Below are positions 28,095 through 35,494 of a DNA stretch of 64,000 nucleotides, piece after piece. A program made the translations under genes and the position numbers. The notes beneath the pieces were generated by a model, which was not told the origin of the DNA, made no database searches, and saw nothing but the letters and a program-made list of their open reading frames with translations. Origin of the DNA: Minisyncoccia bacterium (GTDB taxonomy: Bacteria > Patescibacteriota > Minisyncoccia > Phycocordibacterales > UBA918); contig JBGSSW010000004.1 of NCBI GenBank assembly GCA_041736805.1, forward strand, positions 51,843-115,842, in the 5' to 3' direction. Position 1 is the stretch's first letter, and every line of letters begins with the position of its first letter.

Positions 28095-30683
28095 ATGAAA
28101 ATTAAAGTAATAAAAAATTTCTCTTTTGCAATAATCACTGTTTTTGTACTCTCTTTTAACTTATCACAAGTTGAAGCAAATACTGCTTCAGGGTGGATTT
28201 CACCTAAAGCTATATACATTGAGCCACAAACAACTTGTGCCGACCCAAGTAATGCTTCTATTGAATTTGTTCTTGTTGAACATGGCACAACCAACCAAAT
28301 TACATCTTCAATTGGAAGTTGGGTAGTTAGAGTGCGAGATAGTTCACTTTCTATTAAGCAAAGTATAAATTTTAATGGAGTAAAATCATCTTCCAAGATT
28401 TGTTTTGACCCAACTACTGATGGTTTACAAGTTCTTGTTAATAATTCACCAAACTATTATAAATTTACAGGCCCGACCATTCTACCGAAAAGTTCTTCTG
28501 ATTTTTCAAGTATGCGAGGTTCCCATTTTAGGGGCTATGTTGAGTTACTTAGTACTTCTGTAACCACGGAAGATATCGAGATGACTTCTCCACTTGGTGG
28601 AAGCGCTTACTCGACCTTCCCGTCTTTAACTTTTACAAATAACCGCTTATCAAGCTTATTTAATTCTACTGAACTTAAATTAATTAAATTTTATATTTCT
28701 AACCAAAGTAGTGGAGCGTTGTATACAGCAGAAATCCCAGCCACTGGCGGAGCCGGCCCAAGAATTATTAACAATTTCTCTACTACAACCTTACCCCAAG
28801 GCATATATTTTTGGACGTTCCATCAAGAAGAAAACGGATATTCTGATACAAATGAAACGTCAGGTATAAAAACATGGAATTTTACAGATTTACCAGTTTC
28901 TGCCGCTCCTTCGGCCGGATCTTTTATGATTGACAACCAACCTCTTTCCACTAATCAATTTCACTATGTCTTAATGACTTCTGTTCCGGTAGCTTCAAGT
29001 ACATCTATTAGATATGTTCAGAAACTTAAAGATGATTTGTCTGGCATTGATAGTGTAACTACCTATGTTATGGACTCTTTGAATAATATTATCTTAATTA
29101 GTCCGGAACAGATTAAACCCTCAGCTGACCTGTACGGAACTACTGCTTTTACATATGCCTTCACAAATTTCACAGGCACTCTTGGTACAACATATAAGTT
29201 TTATGCGGTAGCTAAAGATGTGGCAGGTAATACATCGACTTCTTCAATAACTACCTATACTGTACCAACAGTTTATGGTGTACCAATTTTAAGTGCACCA
29301 AGTGTTGACTCGATCACAAGCAGTTCAAGCCGTACGACAGCTACAGTTTTATCTGAAGATGGTTTTCGTTACAGCTCAAGAGGAGTTTGCTGGTCTGCCG
29401 AAACTGCTGATTTAACTACTACAGGTGGAACTTGTAAGACAACTGTAGCCTATAATCCAACACCGTACACTTTTAATGAATATCCAAATGGAATGCCTTC
29501 TAATACTACTATCTACTATCGAGCTTTTGCGACTAGTGTTGCAGGAACAGGTTATAGCTCCATTGGTTCATTTAATACCCTGGGCGAAGCCTTCTCTACA
29601 ACTTCTTCCTCTACAATACCAACCGTTGTGGGGGAAACACCGACTGGAATATACTCAAGTTCAGCTTATGTAGGTTCAAACATAACCAGTACTGGAGGTT
29701 CTTTGATTACCGCAAGAGGAATGTGCTGGGACACTTCTTTAGCCTCTCTTAATGCGCAAAACGTGGCGACTTCAACCAAATGTGTAACACAAGGTTCATT
29801 GCCCTTGGCAGCAACTCTACCTTTTAGGTCACAGTTTTCACTTGATGGTTTACCAGCTAATACGCTAATTTATTATCGAGCATTTGCCACCAATGCTAAC
29901 GGAACGGCTTATTCCAACAGTACGTTTACAACCGATATTCAAAGAAATGATTTTGTGGTTAATACCATTATACCAACACAAACCTATATTCAAGCAACTG
30001 ATAGTTATAATTTGGATTTAAACTTTATCATGAAAGACAAAAGTAATTACCAGGTACTTTCATTAGGCATACCCCAACCCAAAATGGTACCTTATGAAAT
30101 TAAGCTTGATTTCGGTAATAATGGCACCTACGAAAGAACAGCAACCGGAAGTATTGGCACTGCTGCCTGGCTAGGAAGCACTCCAATTGAATACGTCTCG
30201 TTTTCTAATTTACCAGGTGGTTTTGTGCGCATTGTTTTAGAAGTAAATAAGCCTGAGAGCACTTATCCTGAACTAGCAGCAAATAGAATTAATAACTCAA
30301 CCAGCACAACTATTATTTTGTCTCAGACTGGTTCAGAAATTGACGAGAGCTTGTCGGCTGCTGGCGGCGGTTCCTCAGCTCTCATCCCCGTAGATCCTGG
30401 CATGTTAATATGGGCAGGAACAGGAATAGTTAGAAGTGGACAACAGACTACTGTTTCCTGGGACACTGTAGCTGCTTACGATATGAGCTGTACTATTTAT
30501 GGACCAAGTGATTTTGTGCGCACAACTTTCAACCCTTCAGTTGACGGAACAACCGGTACTATTAGCTCAGGCACTATTAATTCAGCACAAAATTATCTCC
30601 TAGAATGCACAGAACCTTTAACAGGCACTAAGTTTACTTCTTCGGTAAGAGTTAAGGTGGCTGGAGTTGTACAAGAAATCTAG
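28095..30683 (+). CDS. large secreted Ser/Thr-rich surface protein (Ig/FN3-like beta-rich repeats)
   Basis: Signal peptide. 862 aa, very Ser/Thr/Asn-rich. Repeated ...YYRAFATS/N..GT.YS... segments suggest tandem Ig-like domains. Confidence 0.5.
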   Translation: MKIKVIKNFSFAIITVFVLSFNLSQVEANTASGWISPKAIYIEPQTTCADPSNASIEFVLVEHGTTNQITSSIGSWVVRVRDSSLSIKQSINFNGVKSSSKICFDPTTDGLQVLVNNSPNYYKFTGPTILPKSSSDFSSMRGSHFRGYVELLSTSVTTEDIEMTSPLGGSAYSTFPSLTFTNNRLSSLFNSTELKLIKFYISNQSSGALYTAEIPATGGAGPRIINNFSTTTLPQGIYFWTFHQEENGYSDTNETSGIKTWNFTDLPVSAAPSAGSFMIDNQPLSTNQFHYVLMTSVPVASSTSIRYVQKLKDDLSGIDSVTTYVMDSLNNIILISPEQIKPSADLYGTTAFTYAFTNFTGTLGTTYKFYAVAKDVAGNTSTSSITTYTVPTVYGVPILSAPSVDSITSSSSRTTATVLSEDGFRYSSRGVCWSAETADLTTTGGTCKTTVAYNPTPYTFNEYPNGMPSNTTIYYRAFATSVAGTGYSSIGSFNTLGEAFSTTSSSTIPTVVGETPTGIYSSSAYVGSNITSTGGSLITARGMCWDTSLASLNAQNVATSTKCVTQGSLPLAATLPFRSQFSLDGLPANTLIYYRAFATNANGTAYSNSTFTTDIQRNDFVVNTIIPTQTYIQATDSYNLDLNFIMKDKSNYQVLSLGIPQPKMVPYEIKLDFGNNGTYERTATGSIGTAAWLGSTPIEYVSFSNLPGGFVRIVLEVNKPESTYPELAANRINNSTSTTIILSQTGSEIDESLSAAGGGSSALIPVDPGMLIWAGTGIVRSGQQTTVSWDTVAAYDMSCTIYGPSDFVRTTFNPSVDGTTGTISSGTINSAQNYLLECTEPLTGTKFTSSVRVKVAGVVQEI

Positions 30684-30721
30684 AGTAAAGATAATTTTGC
30701 TTTGTAGTAGTATTTCATTAT

Positions 30722-31693
30722 ATGATGAATCACCTTCAAATTGCTGTTTTAAGAGGAGGGACAAGTGATGAATACCAGGTTTCGCTACAGACTGGTTCAG
30801 CTGTTTTACGTGCTCTTTCAGAATCTGGATATCTTGTAAAAGACATAGTAATCACAAAAAATGGGGATTGGTTGGACAGAGGTATTGTTAAATCACCTGA
30901 AATAGCTTTAACCTCAGTCGACGTTGTATTTGTGGCGCTACATGGAACCTTCGGAGAAGATGGTGAAGTACAAAAAATTTTACAAAGAATAGGGATTCCT
31001 TTCACCGGAAGCAACTCCTTTTCTTCTGCTTTGGCATTTAACAAACAGACTACAAAAGAATTTTTAAAGCAGTATGACATTCTAACTCCAAAGTATTTAG
31101 TTGTTACAAAAGATGATATTAGTATTATTGACGAAGTAGTTGCTCAAGTTGAAGATAATTTTGGACCTGAGTATATTATTAAACCAACTTCAAGTGGGTC
31201 GTCTTTTGGGGTTTCTTTTGTTAAAACTAAAAGTTCACTGAAAAGTAATCTTCTTAAATCTTTAAATCTTTATGAAAAAGTCTTGATAGAAGAATTTATA
31301 TTTGGTAGAGAAGCGACTAGTGCCGTTTTAGAAAACTATCGAAACGAAAATATTTATGTTTTTCCAACCATTGAAATAATTACTCCTAATAATCAATCAT
31401 ATTTCGATACCGAATCTAAGTATAATGGAAAAACTTTAGAAATATGTCCATCTGATTTTCCTTACTCTGAAAGAACAAAAATTGCTGAAATTTCTACTCT
31501 GATTCATAGAGAGTTGGGATTGTCTCAGTATTCAAGAAGTGATTTTATTGTTAGTCAAAATGGAATCTACTTTCTAGAAGTTAATACCCTACCTGGCTTG
31601 ACTTCTGAATCACTATACCCGAAAGCAGCTAATTCGGTCGGACTTACTTTTAATCAACTTATTTCGCATTTGGTTAGTACGGCAAACTGTTAG
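30722..31693 (+). CDS. ddl: D-alanine--D-alanine ligase
   Basis: IAVLRGGTSDEYQVSLQTGSAV, VVFVALHGTFGEDGEVQ, GIPFTGSNSFSSALAFNKQTTKEFL, ATP-grasp C-terminus (LEVNTLPGLT). Confidence 0.85.
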   Translation: MMNHLQIAVLRGGTSDEYQVSLQTGSAVLRALSESGYLVKDIVITKNGDWLDRGIVKSPEIALTSVDVVFVALHGTFGEDGEVQKILQRIGIPFTGSNSFSSALAFNKQTTKEFLKQYDILTPKYLVVTKDDISIIDEVVAQVEDNFGPEYIIKPTSSGSSFGVSFVKTKSSLKSNLLKSLNLYEKVLIEEFIFGREATSAVLENYRNENIYVFPTIEIITPNNQSYFDTESKYNGKTLEICPSDFPYSERTKIAEISTLIHRELGLSQYSRSDFIVSQNGIYFLEVNTLPGLTSESLYPKAANSVGLTFNQLISHLVSTANC

Positions 31694-31734
31694 TAAGGTT
31701 TATTAACTTAGTAATTATTTGTTATAATTTTAGT

Positions 31735-32343
31735 ATGGAAGGATCCAGACATGAACGAGCTGTAATTGTAGCAATATCATATGTAATTGGTTTTACAGCT
31801 GCTTTTTTACTGTACGCTGCACATTCTGATTTCAGTAATGAAGACAACGGTTATTTAAATGAAAGTGCAAGTTTGCCGGCTGCAGTTATTCAGTCAGACT
31901 TCAGCACAGGTAATACTGAAATTTCTAGCGCTATTGGAAAAGTTAACTACACAGATGGCAAACTTGAGTATCTAAGTAACACAGGAACTAGACTTTTGTC
32001 GTTTAACCCAGACATAACTGGTTTTTCAAAATTGAAAAATTTGGAACAACAAGGCACCCATACTAGAGACATTTTCTATTCAGTCTCAGACGACAATAAG
32101 CAAGTTTTTTTCTGCGAAAATGGCACAAGGGAGATCGACTACTGTAAGGGTTATATTTACAGCGTTGAAGAAGATTTAATTTATCCAATTACTGAAAATG
32201 GGACTTTTCCTATTTTTACTAGTGAAGAAGCTTCAGAAGCTATATGGTCTTCAGGTCAGTTATTAATTAAAAACTCCTATTCTGCAAATAAGCTCGAACC
32301 GTGGCTATTCATTACGGAGAAGTCAGCGTTTGACTTGCAATAA
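31735..32343 (+). CDS. hypothetical membrane-anchored protein
   Basis: N-terminal TM (VIVAISYVIGFTAAFLLYAA). TATAAT at 31723-31728 immediately upstream, so the transcript is possibly leaderless. Confidence 0.4.
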   Translation: MEGSRHERAVIVAISYVIGFTAAFLLYAAHSDFSNEDNGYLNESASLPAAVIQSDFSTGNTEISSAIGKVNYTDGKLEYLSNTGTRLLSFNPDITGFSKLKNLEQQGTHTRDIFYSVSDDNKQVFFCENGTREIDYCKGYIYSVEEDLIYPITENGTFPIFTSEEASEAIWSSGQLLIKNSYSANKLEPWLFITEKSAFDLQ

Positions 32344-32386
32344 ATATGTCTGTATTATAGGCAAAATTAAAGTCTTACTTTAATTT

Positions 32387-32462
32387 GGGCCAGTAGCTCA
32401 CTTGGTAGAGCGCCTCATTTGCACTGAGGAGGCAGGGAGTTCGAATCTTCTCTGGTCCACCA
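32387..32462 (+). tRNA. tRNA-Ala (anticodon UGC), 76 nt with encoded CCA
   Basis: Cloverleaf folded by hand. Acceptor GGGCCAG/CTGGTCC with the G3:U70 alanine identity pair. D-arm GCTC-ACTTGGTA-GAGC. Anticodon loop TTTGCAC. T-loop TTCGAAT. 3' CCA present. Confidence 0.85.
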
Positions 32463-32557
32463 TCTAATTTACTTGTAGCAGCTCGACTAGTTCAGTTAAT
32501 TTCAATTTTGAAAGCTTGAGCGTAAGTAAAATTTAAGTTATTATTCTTCGTCCCTTA

Positions 32558-32630
32558 GGGCCCTTAGCTCATCCGGTAGAGCGCTTCCATGGCATGGAAG
32601 AGGTGAGCGGTTCAAGTCCGCTAGGGTCCA
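32558..32630 (+). tRNA. tRNA-Ala (anticodon GGC), 73 nt, CCA not encoded
   Basis: Acceptor GGGCCCT/AGGGTCC with G3:U70. Anticodon stem CTTCC/GGAAG, loop ATGGCAT (anticodon GGC). T-arm AGCGG-TTCAAGT-CCGCT. Discriminator A. Confidence 0.8.
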
Positions 32631-32632
32631 CA
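32616..32632 (+). repeat. 17-nt direct repeat copy 1 (gtccgctagggtccaca), the 3' end of tRNA-Ala(GGC); att-core-like
   Basis: Identical 17-mer recurs at 32800-32816. Confidence 0.6.
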
Positions 32633-32657
32633 AAAAACATCCTTTTTTTGTGGACCC
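32624..32657 (+). terminator. hairpin terminator overlapping the 3' end of tRNA-Ala(GGC)
   Basis: GGGTCCACAAAAAA-catcc-TTTTTTTGTGGACCC perfect 14-bp stem. A second perfect hairpin CAAAGCAAC-attc-GTTGCTTTG follows at 32662-32683. Confidence 0.5.
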
Positions 32658-32799
32658 TAGACAAAGCAACATTCGTTGCTTTGGTCGGACTTGAACCACC
32701 GGAACGATGTGAGTTTACGAACGAGTGAGGTGTGTCCCGCGGCACCTGCTAGATTGTGAGCGAATGCAAAACAATATAGCTTGGTGACCGTCAGGATCT

Positions 32800-32816
32800 G
32801 TCCGCTAGGGTCCACA
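32800..32816 (+). repeat. 17-nt direct repeat copy 2 (gtccgctagggtccaca), a duplicated tRNA-Ala 3' end with no tRNA body upstream
   Basis: Exact copy of the tRNA 3' end, 184 bp downstream of copy 1. Upstream sequence (cgtcaggatct) does not form a T-arm. Confidence 0.6.
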
Positions 32817-32887
32817 TATTAACATACTAGATATAGTATGTTATCTCATAACTCGAACAATTCCGTTCATCAGAAAGGAGACCTGCG

Positions 32888-33262
32888 ATGGTCGCTCTCA
32901 AACGTCAGAACATCCCCGCTGGCAAGTTCCGTGTCCTCGGCTGCGACCTGTTCGATCACTCGGTCGACGTCGTCGAAGACTGCGACACCAAGGACGAGGC
33001 CTTCAAGATCGCCGACGACCACAACCGTCAGCGCACGGGGTCGATGTCCGACGTGTACTACGTCTACAACGACAAAGGCAGCTATCACCGTGGCGAGGAA
33101 GCGATCAAGAATGCCAAGGGCGAGAGACCACCGTCAGCGTCAGCCCGTAAACGCAAGCGTCGGCATTGCCGGCACGAGACCCCAGAGATAACATCAAGGG
33201 GTCTCATTTCGTTTATAATTCTACTTTTCACTCAAACTCTTTGCAAAGTAGGACATCCTTGA
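32888..33262 (+). CDS. small GC-rich gene of foreign composition, hypothetical protein; 3' end uncertain (possibly a shorter product or frameshifted)
   Basis: Strong SD (AAAGGAG) 8 nt upstream of the ATG. Pronounced GC3 codon bias in this frame (gtc, ctc, ggc, aag, ttc, gac) for the first ~80 codons, fading after ~33120. Competing overlapping frames look like GC-rich noise. Confidence 0.4.
   Translation: MVALKRQNIPAGKFRVLGCDLFDHSVDVVEDCDTKDEAFKIADDHNRQRTGSMSDVYYVYNDKGSYHRGEEAIKNAKGERPPSASARKRKRRHCRHETPEITSRGLISFIILLFTQTLCKVGHP
33176..33213 (+). terminator. hairpin (GAGACCCC...GGGGTCTC) at the end of the first GC-rich cassette
   Basis: 8-bp GC stem with a 14-nt loop. A weak T-rich tail follows. 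Confidence 0.35.
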
Positions 33263-33327
33263 TACGTCACCCAAGACTTCATTAAATATCCCCTAAATTG
33301 GTTCTGTAAATTTCCACTATAGTCCAC
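33242..33327 (+). repeat. 86-bp direct repeat DR1, containing a promoter-like TTGATA-17-TTAAAT and ending in a degenerate tRNA-Ala 3'-end-like ctatagtccac
   Basis: About 92% identical to DR2 at 33816-33901. Each copy sits just after a cassette terminator. Confidence 0.6.
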
Positions 33328-33398
33328 GAGTACAGAAAGAGCGCCTTTGTTGTTCGTGGACTATAAGCAAGCAAACTACCTTGCTTGCTTGAGGCCTT

Positions 33399-33427
33399 TT
33401 CGTGTAGATTGACAAGTCACACTATTC
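33399..33427 (+). promoter_or_regulatory. putative sigma-70 promoter TTGACA-17-TAGTAT upstream of the 33478 gene
   Basis: Consensus -35 TTGACA at 33399-33404, 17-nt spacer, -10 TAGTAT at 33422-33427. SD AGGAG precedes the ATG at 33478. Confidence 0.4.
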
Positions 33428-33477
33428 ATGCTAGTATTTTGAATGAAATTCTTGTTATTCCACAACCAGGAGATGTC

Positions 33478-33747
33478 ATGGCGATTTTGAAATGTCGTTA
33501 TTGCAAAGAAGGTGTGCTTACGGGCGCGCGTCATCACTGCAAGCAAATGCAACTTGCAAAACAACCATCGGCTGTTGTCGATGAGAGTGAAGGAAGCATC
33601 TTTCTCTCATTCGCGGTCGCAGCGGCAACAGACAATTGGGCAATTGGGACGCTTGTTGGAGGCAATCTCATTGGTGGAATTGTCGGCGACGCAGTAGTAG
33701 GAAACAACGACTCATGTAACGACGGTGACTCTGGTAGCGACGACTGA
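33478..33747 (+). CDS. small protein (89 aa) with N-terminal Cys/His cluster (CRYC...HHC), glycine-zipper hydrophobic segment and acidic tail; hypothetical (bacteriocin- or membrane-peptide-like)
   Basis: ATG preceded by AGGAG. Sequence MAILKCRYCKEGVLTGARHHCKQ...FLSFAVAAATDNWAIGTLVGGNLIGGIVGDAVVGNNDSCNDGDSGSDD. The ORF track's 33385 start is an upstream extension lacking an SD. Confidence 0.5.
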   Translation: MAILKCRYCKEGVLTGARHHCKQMQLAKQPSAVVDESEGSIFLSFAVAAATDNWAIGTLVGGNLIGGIVGDAVVGNNDSCNDGDSGSDD

Positions 33748-33754
33748 GCGCAAC

Positions 33755-33805
33755 TAGCCCCACGAGGAAGTCCCACGACTTCACAACTCGTGGGGCTTCT
33801 TCTTT
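33755..33805 (+). terminator. rho-independent terminator after the 33478 gene
   Basis: GCCCCACGAG...CTCGTGGGGC 10-bp stem enclosing an inner GAAGTC/GACTTC stem, followed by TTCTTCTTTTC. Confidence 0.6.
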
Positions 33806-33815
33806 TCTAAAATTA

Positions 33816-33901
33816 ACTGCAAAGTAGGACAAGATTGATACGTCACCCAAAACTTCATTAAATACCCCCTACATTGGTTCTGTAAATTTCCCCTATAGTC
33901 C
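33816..33901 (+). repeat. 86-bp direct repeat DR2 (copy of DR1)
   Basis: tgcaaagtaggacaAGATtgatacgtcacccaaAacttcattaaataCcccctaCattggttctgtaaatttccCctatagtccac. About 7 mismatches to DR1. Confidence 0.6.
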
Positions 33902-34022
33902 ACAAACAAATTAAAATCAATAGAGCACAAGACCAAGTTTGTGAAATACTGCCAATGGACTTGTAAAATATAGATAAAGGTATATATTTAGACTAAATAT
34001 GAAAAGGAGACGTAGAGCAACC

Positions 34023-34142
34023 ATGTTTATAATGATAGCTATCATTGCTGCTGTTTGCTTTATTCTCAGGTCTGATTACTTCAGCCACATCACTTCGAAT
34101 CAGATTATCAATGATTCTAGAGCAAGTTTGCTTGCTGAATAA
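34023..34142 (+). CDS. tiny hydrophobic peptide (39 aa) downstream of DR2; hypothetical
   Basis: ATG with AAGGAG 12 nt upstream. MFIMIAIIAAVCFILRSDYFSHITSNQIINDSRASLLAE. Below the ORF-track length cut-off. Converges on the HAD gene stop 18 bp away. Confidence 0.3.
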   Translation: MFIMIAIIAAVCFILRSDYFSHITSNQIINDSRASLLAE

Positions 34143-34160
34143 AGAGCCAGGTCTTTAAAA

Positions 34161-34856
34161 CTATTGTTTAAACATTTTAACTAACTTTCGGTAAGTGTCT
34201 AAATAGTCTACCACTGGTACCGTTTCAATTACGCCAATCACAGCTTCATCATTACCTCCCGGGTATAGTCCATCTCCAAAATAAATACAATTATTTTTAT
34301 CCCATTTCATTAGATCAATGAGCTTTTGAACATTGGTTCCTTTATGTCTGTCTTTATGGATGTAATCAAAACTTGTAGAACCTCCGATTTTAACTATTAA
34401 CTCATCAGATTCAAATGGTATTGTCTTAATTAAATTCTCACGGATCCTTCTGTCCGGGTCGTAAGTGTTTTTTATTTCGTGCGGAGCAGTATTTCCAATT
34501 GGGCTAAAAGTTATCTGTGCACCTCTATCCTCAATCGGATTCCATTCTTGGTTTATATCATGTTCAATTAGATTTGATATTTTTTTAATGTGATTCAAAA
34601 TTTCTAGTCGATGATTATTGTCTAAAGGAATATTCCACAATTCTTTATCATCCAAATCAGTTGCATGATTTCCATTTTGGCCAAGTGTATATGAACGCAA
34701 ATAATTACTTTGTGCTCCAATTTTCACCACTTCTTGTCCAGAAACTATAACAATGTCCTGAGAAAAGCTATTTAGTAGATCAAACATGTCGTCAAGGATT
34801 AGTTGCCTGGCCGGAGCTATCGTCTGATCCATATCAAAAAAGAGATGTTTATACAT
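34161..34856 (-). CDS. HAD-IIB hydrolase, phosphomannomutase (PMM)-like
   Basis: DxDxT motif FFDMDQTI. Mid-region IVSGQEVVKI and C-terminal IYFGDGLYPGGNDEAV resemble the eukaryotic-type PMM family (FFGDKTxxGGNDxE). Confidence 0.55.
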   Translation of the reverse strand: MYKHLFFDMDQTIAPARQLILDDMFDLLNSFSQDIVIVSGQEVVKIGAQSNYLRSYTLGQNGNHATDLDDKELWNIPLDNNHRLEILNHIKKISNLIEHDINQEWNPIEDRGAQITFSPIGNTAPHEIKNTYDPDRRIRENLIKTIPFESDELIVKIGGSTSFDYIHKDRHKGTNVQKLIDLMKWDKNNCIYFGDGLYPGGNDEAVIGVIETVPVVDYLDTYRKLVKMFKQ

Positions 34857-34944
34857 ATCCTACAAGAATACAATATAATTTTGTATTGTGAATACACATC
34901 TGTCAGTTACCAAATAGATATTCATTTGTTATTATGAATGGGTT

Positions 34945-35484
34945 ATGGAATCTCTTATAATGACTCTAAACATTGTTCAATCATTTGCTATTGCAATAGG
35001 TGCAGGTACATCAACTCTCGCTGTAGTTAATTTTTTTTACGCCATAGCCGACGGTAAAATTGATGAAACGGAAAGAAACTTTATGGGTATTACCTATGTA
35101 GTACTTAGAGTCGCAATGGCCTTTATATTGATTACTTTAATTCTATTAACAATTTTGGGTTGTCTTTCTGAAGGGGCGGCTTTCTTCACCGGCTACACAA
35201 CTGCTGAATCAATTTTGGTTGCGATTCTGTTTGTTAACTCTTTTTTGATGACAATTCGCCTGATGCCAAGTACCTTTGGTCCAGCTATCCAGGCGTCTAG
35301 CTGGTACTCCTTAGCATTTTTGCAAGCATTGTATACCTACTACCAAGCCGACTTTAGTCTACTAGTATTTTGTTTTTCTTACTTAACATTTCTTTTCTTT
35401 GCTGTTTCTCTCATTAATAGCATAATGGCTTATCTAAAAGATAAATCAACTTCGGAAAAGGCAGCAGAAAATAGTCCTTCCTAG
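34945..35484 (+). CDS. hypothetical polytopic membrane protein (about 4 TM)
   Basis: Hydrophobic segments throughout. Divergent from the HAD gene. Confidence 0.45.
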   Translation: MESLIMTLNIVQSFAIAIGAGTSTLAVVNFFYAIADGKIDETERNFMGITYVVLRVAMAFILITLILLTILGCLSEGAAFFTGYTTAESILVAILFVNSFLMTIRLMPSTFGPAIQASSWYSLAFLQALYTYYQADFSLLVFCFSYLTFLFFAVSLINSIMAYLKDKSTSEKAAENSPS

Positions 35485-35494
35485 AATTATTTAT

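Noticed and set aside
32682-32760. Possible third tRNA gene on the minus strand (GTCGGACTTGAACC is the reverse complement of a GGTTCAAGTCCGAC T-arm)
   Set aside because: Only a T-arm-like fragment is present. The implied T-stem has a mismatch, and no acceptor, D- or anticodon arm can be folded from the flanking sequence. Treated as a tRNA-derived fragment associated with the integration scar.
32838-33850. Multiple long overlapping ORFs on both strands in the GC-rich island (32838..33191 +, 32870..33088 -, 33376..33564 -, 33512..33697 +, 33534..33776 -, 33668..33850 -)
   Set aside because: GC-rich DNA generates long stop-free frames by chance. Only the frames with GC3-biased codon usage and a canonical AGGAG SD (32888 and 33478) were kept. 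The others lack SDs, overlap terminators or promoters, and show non-coding-like codon patterns.
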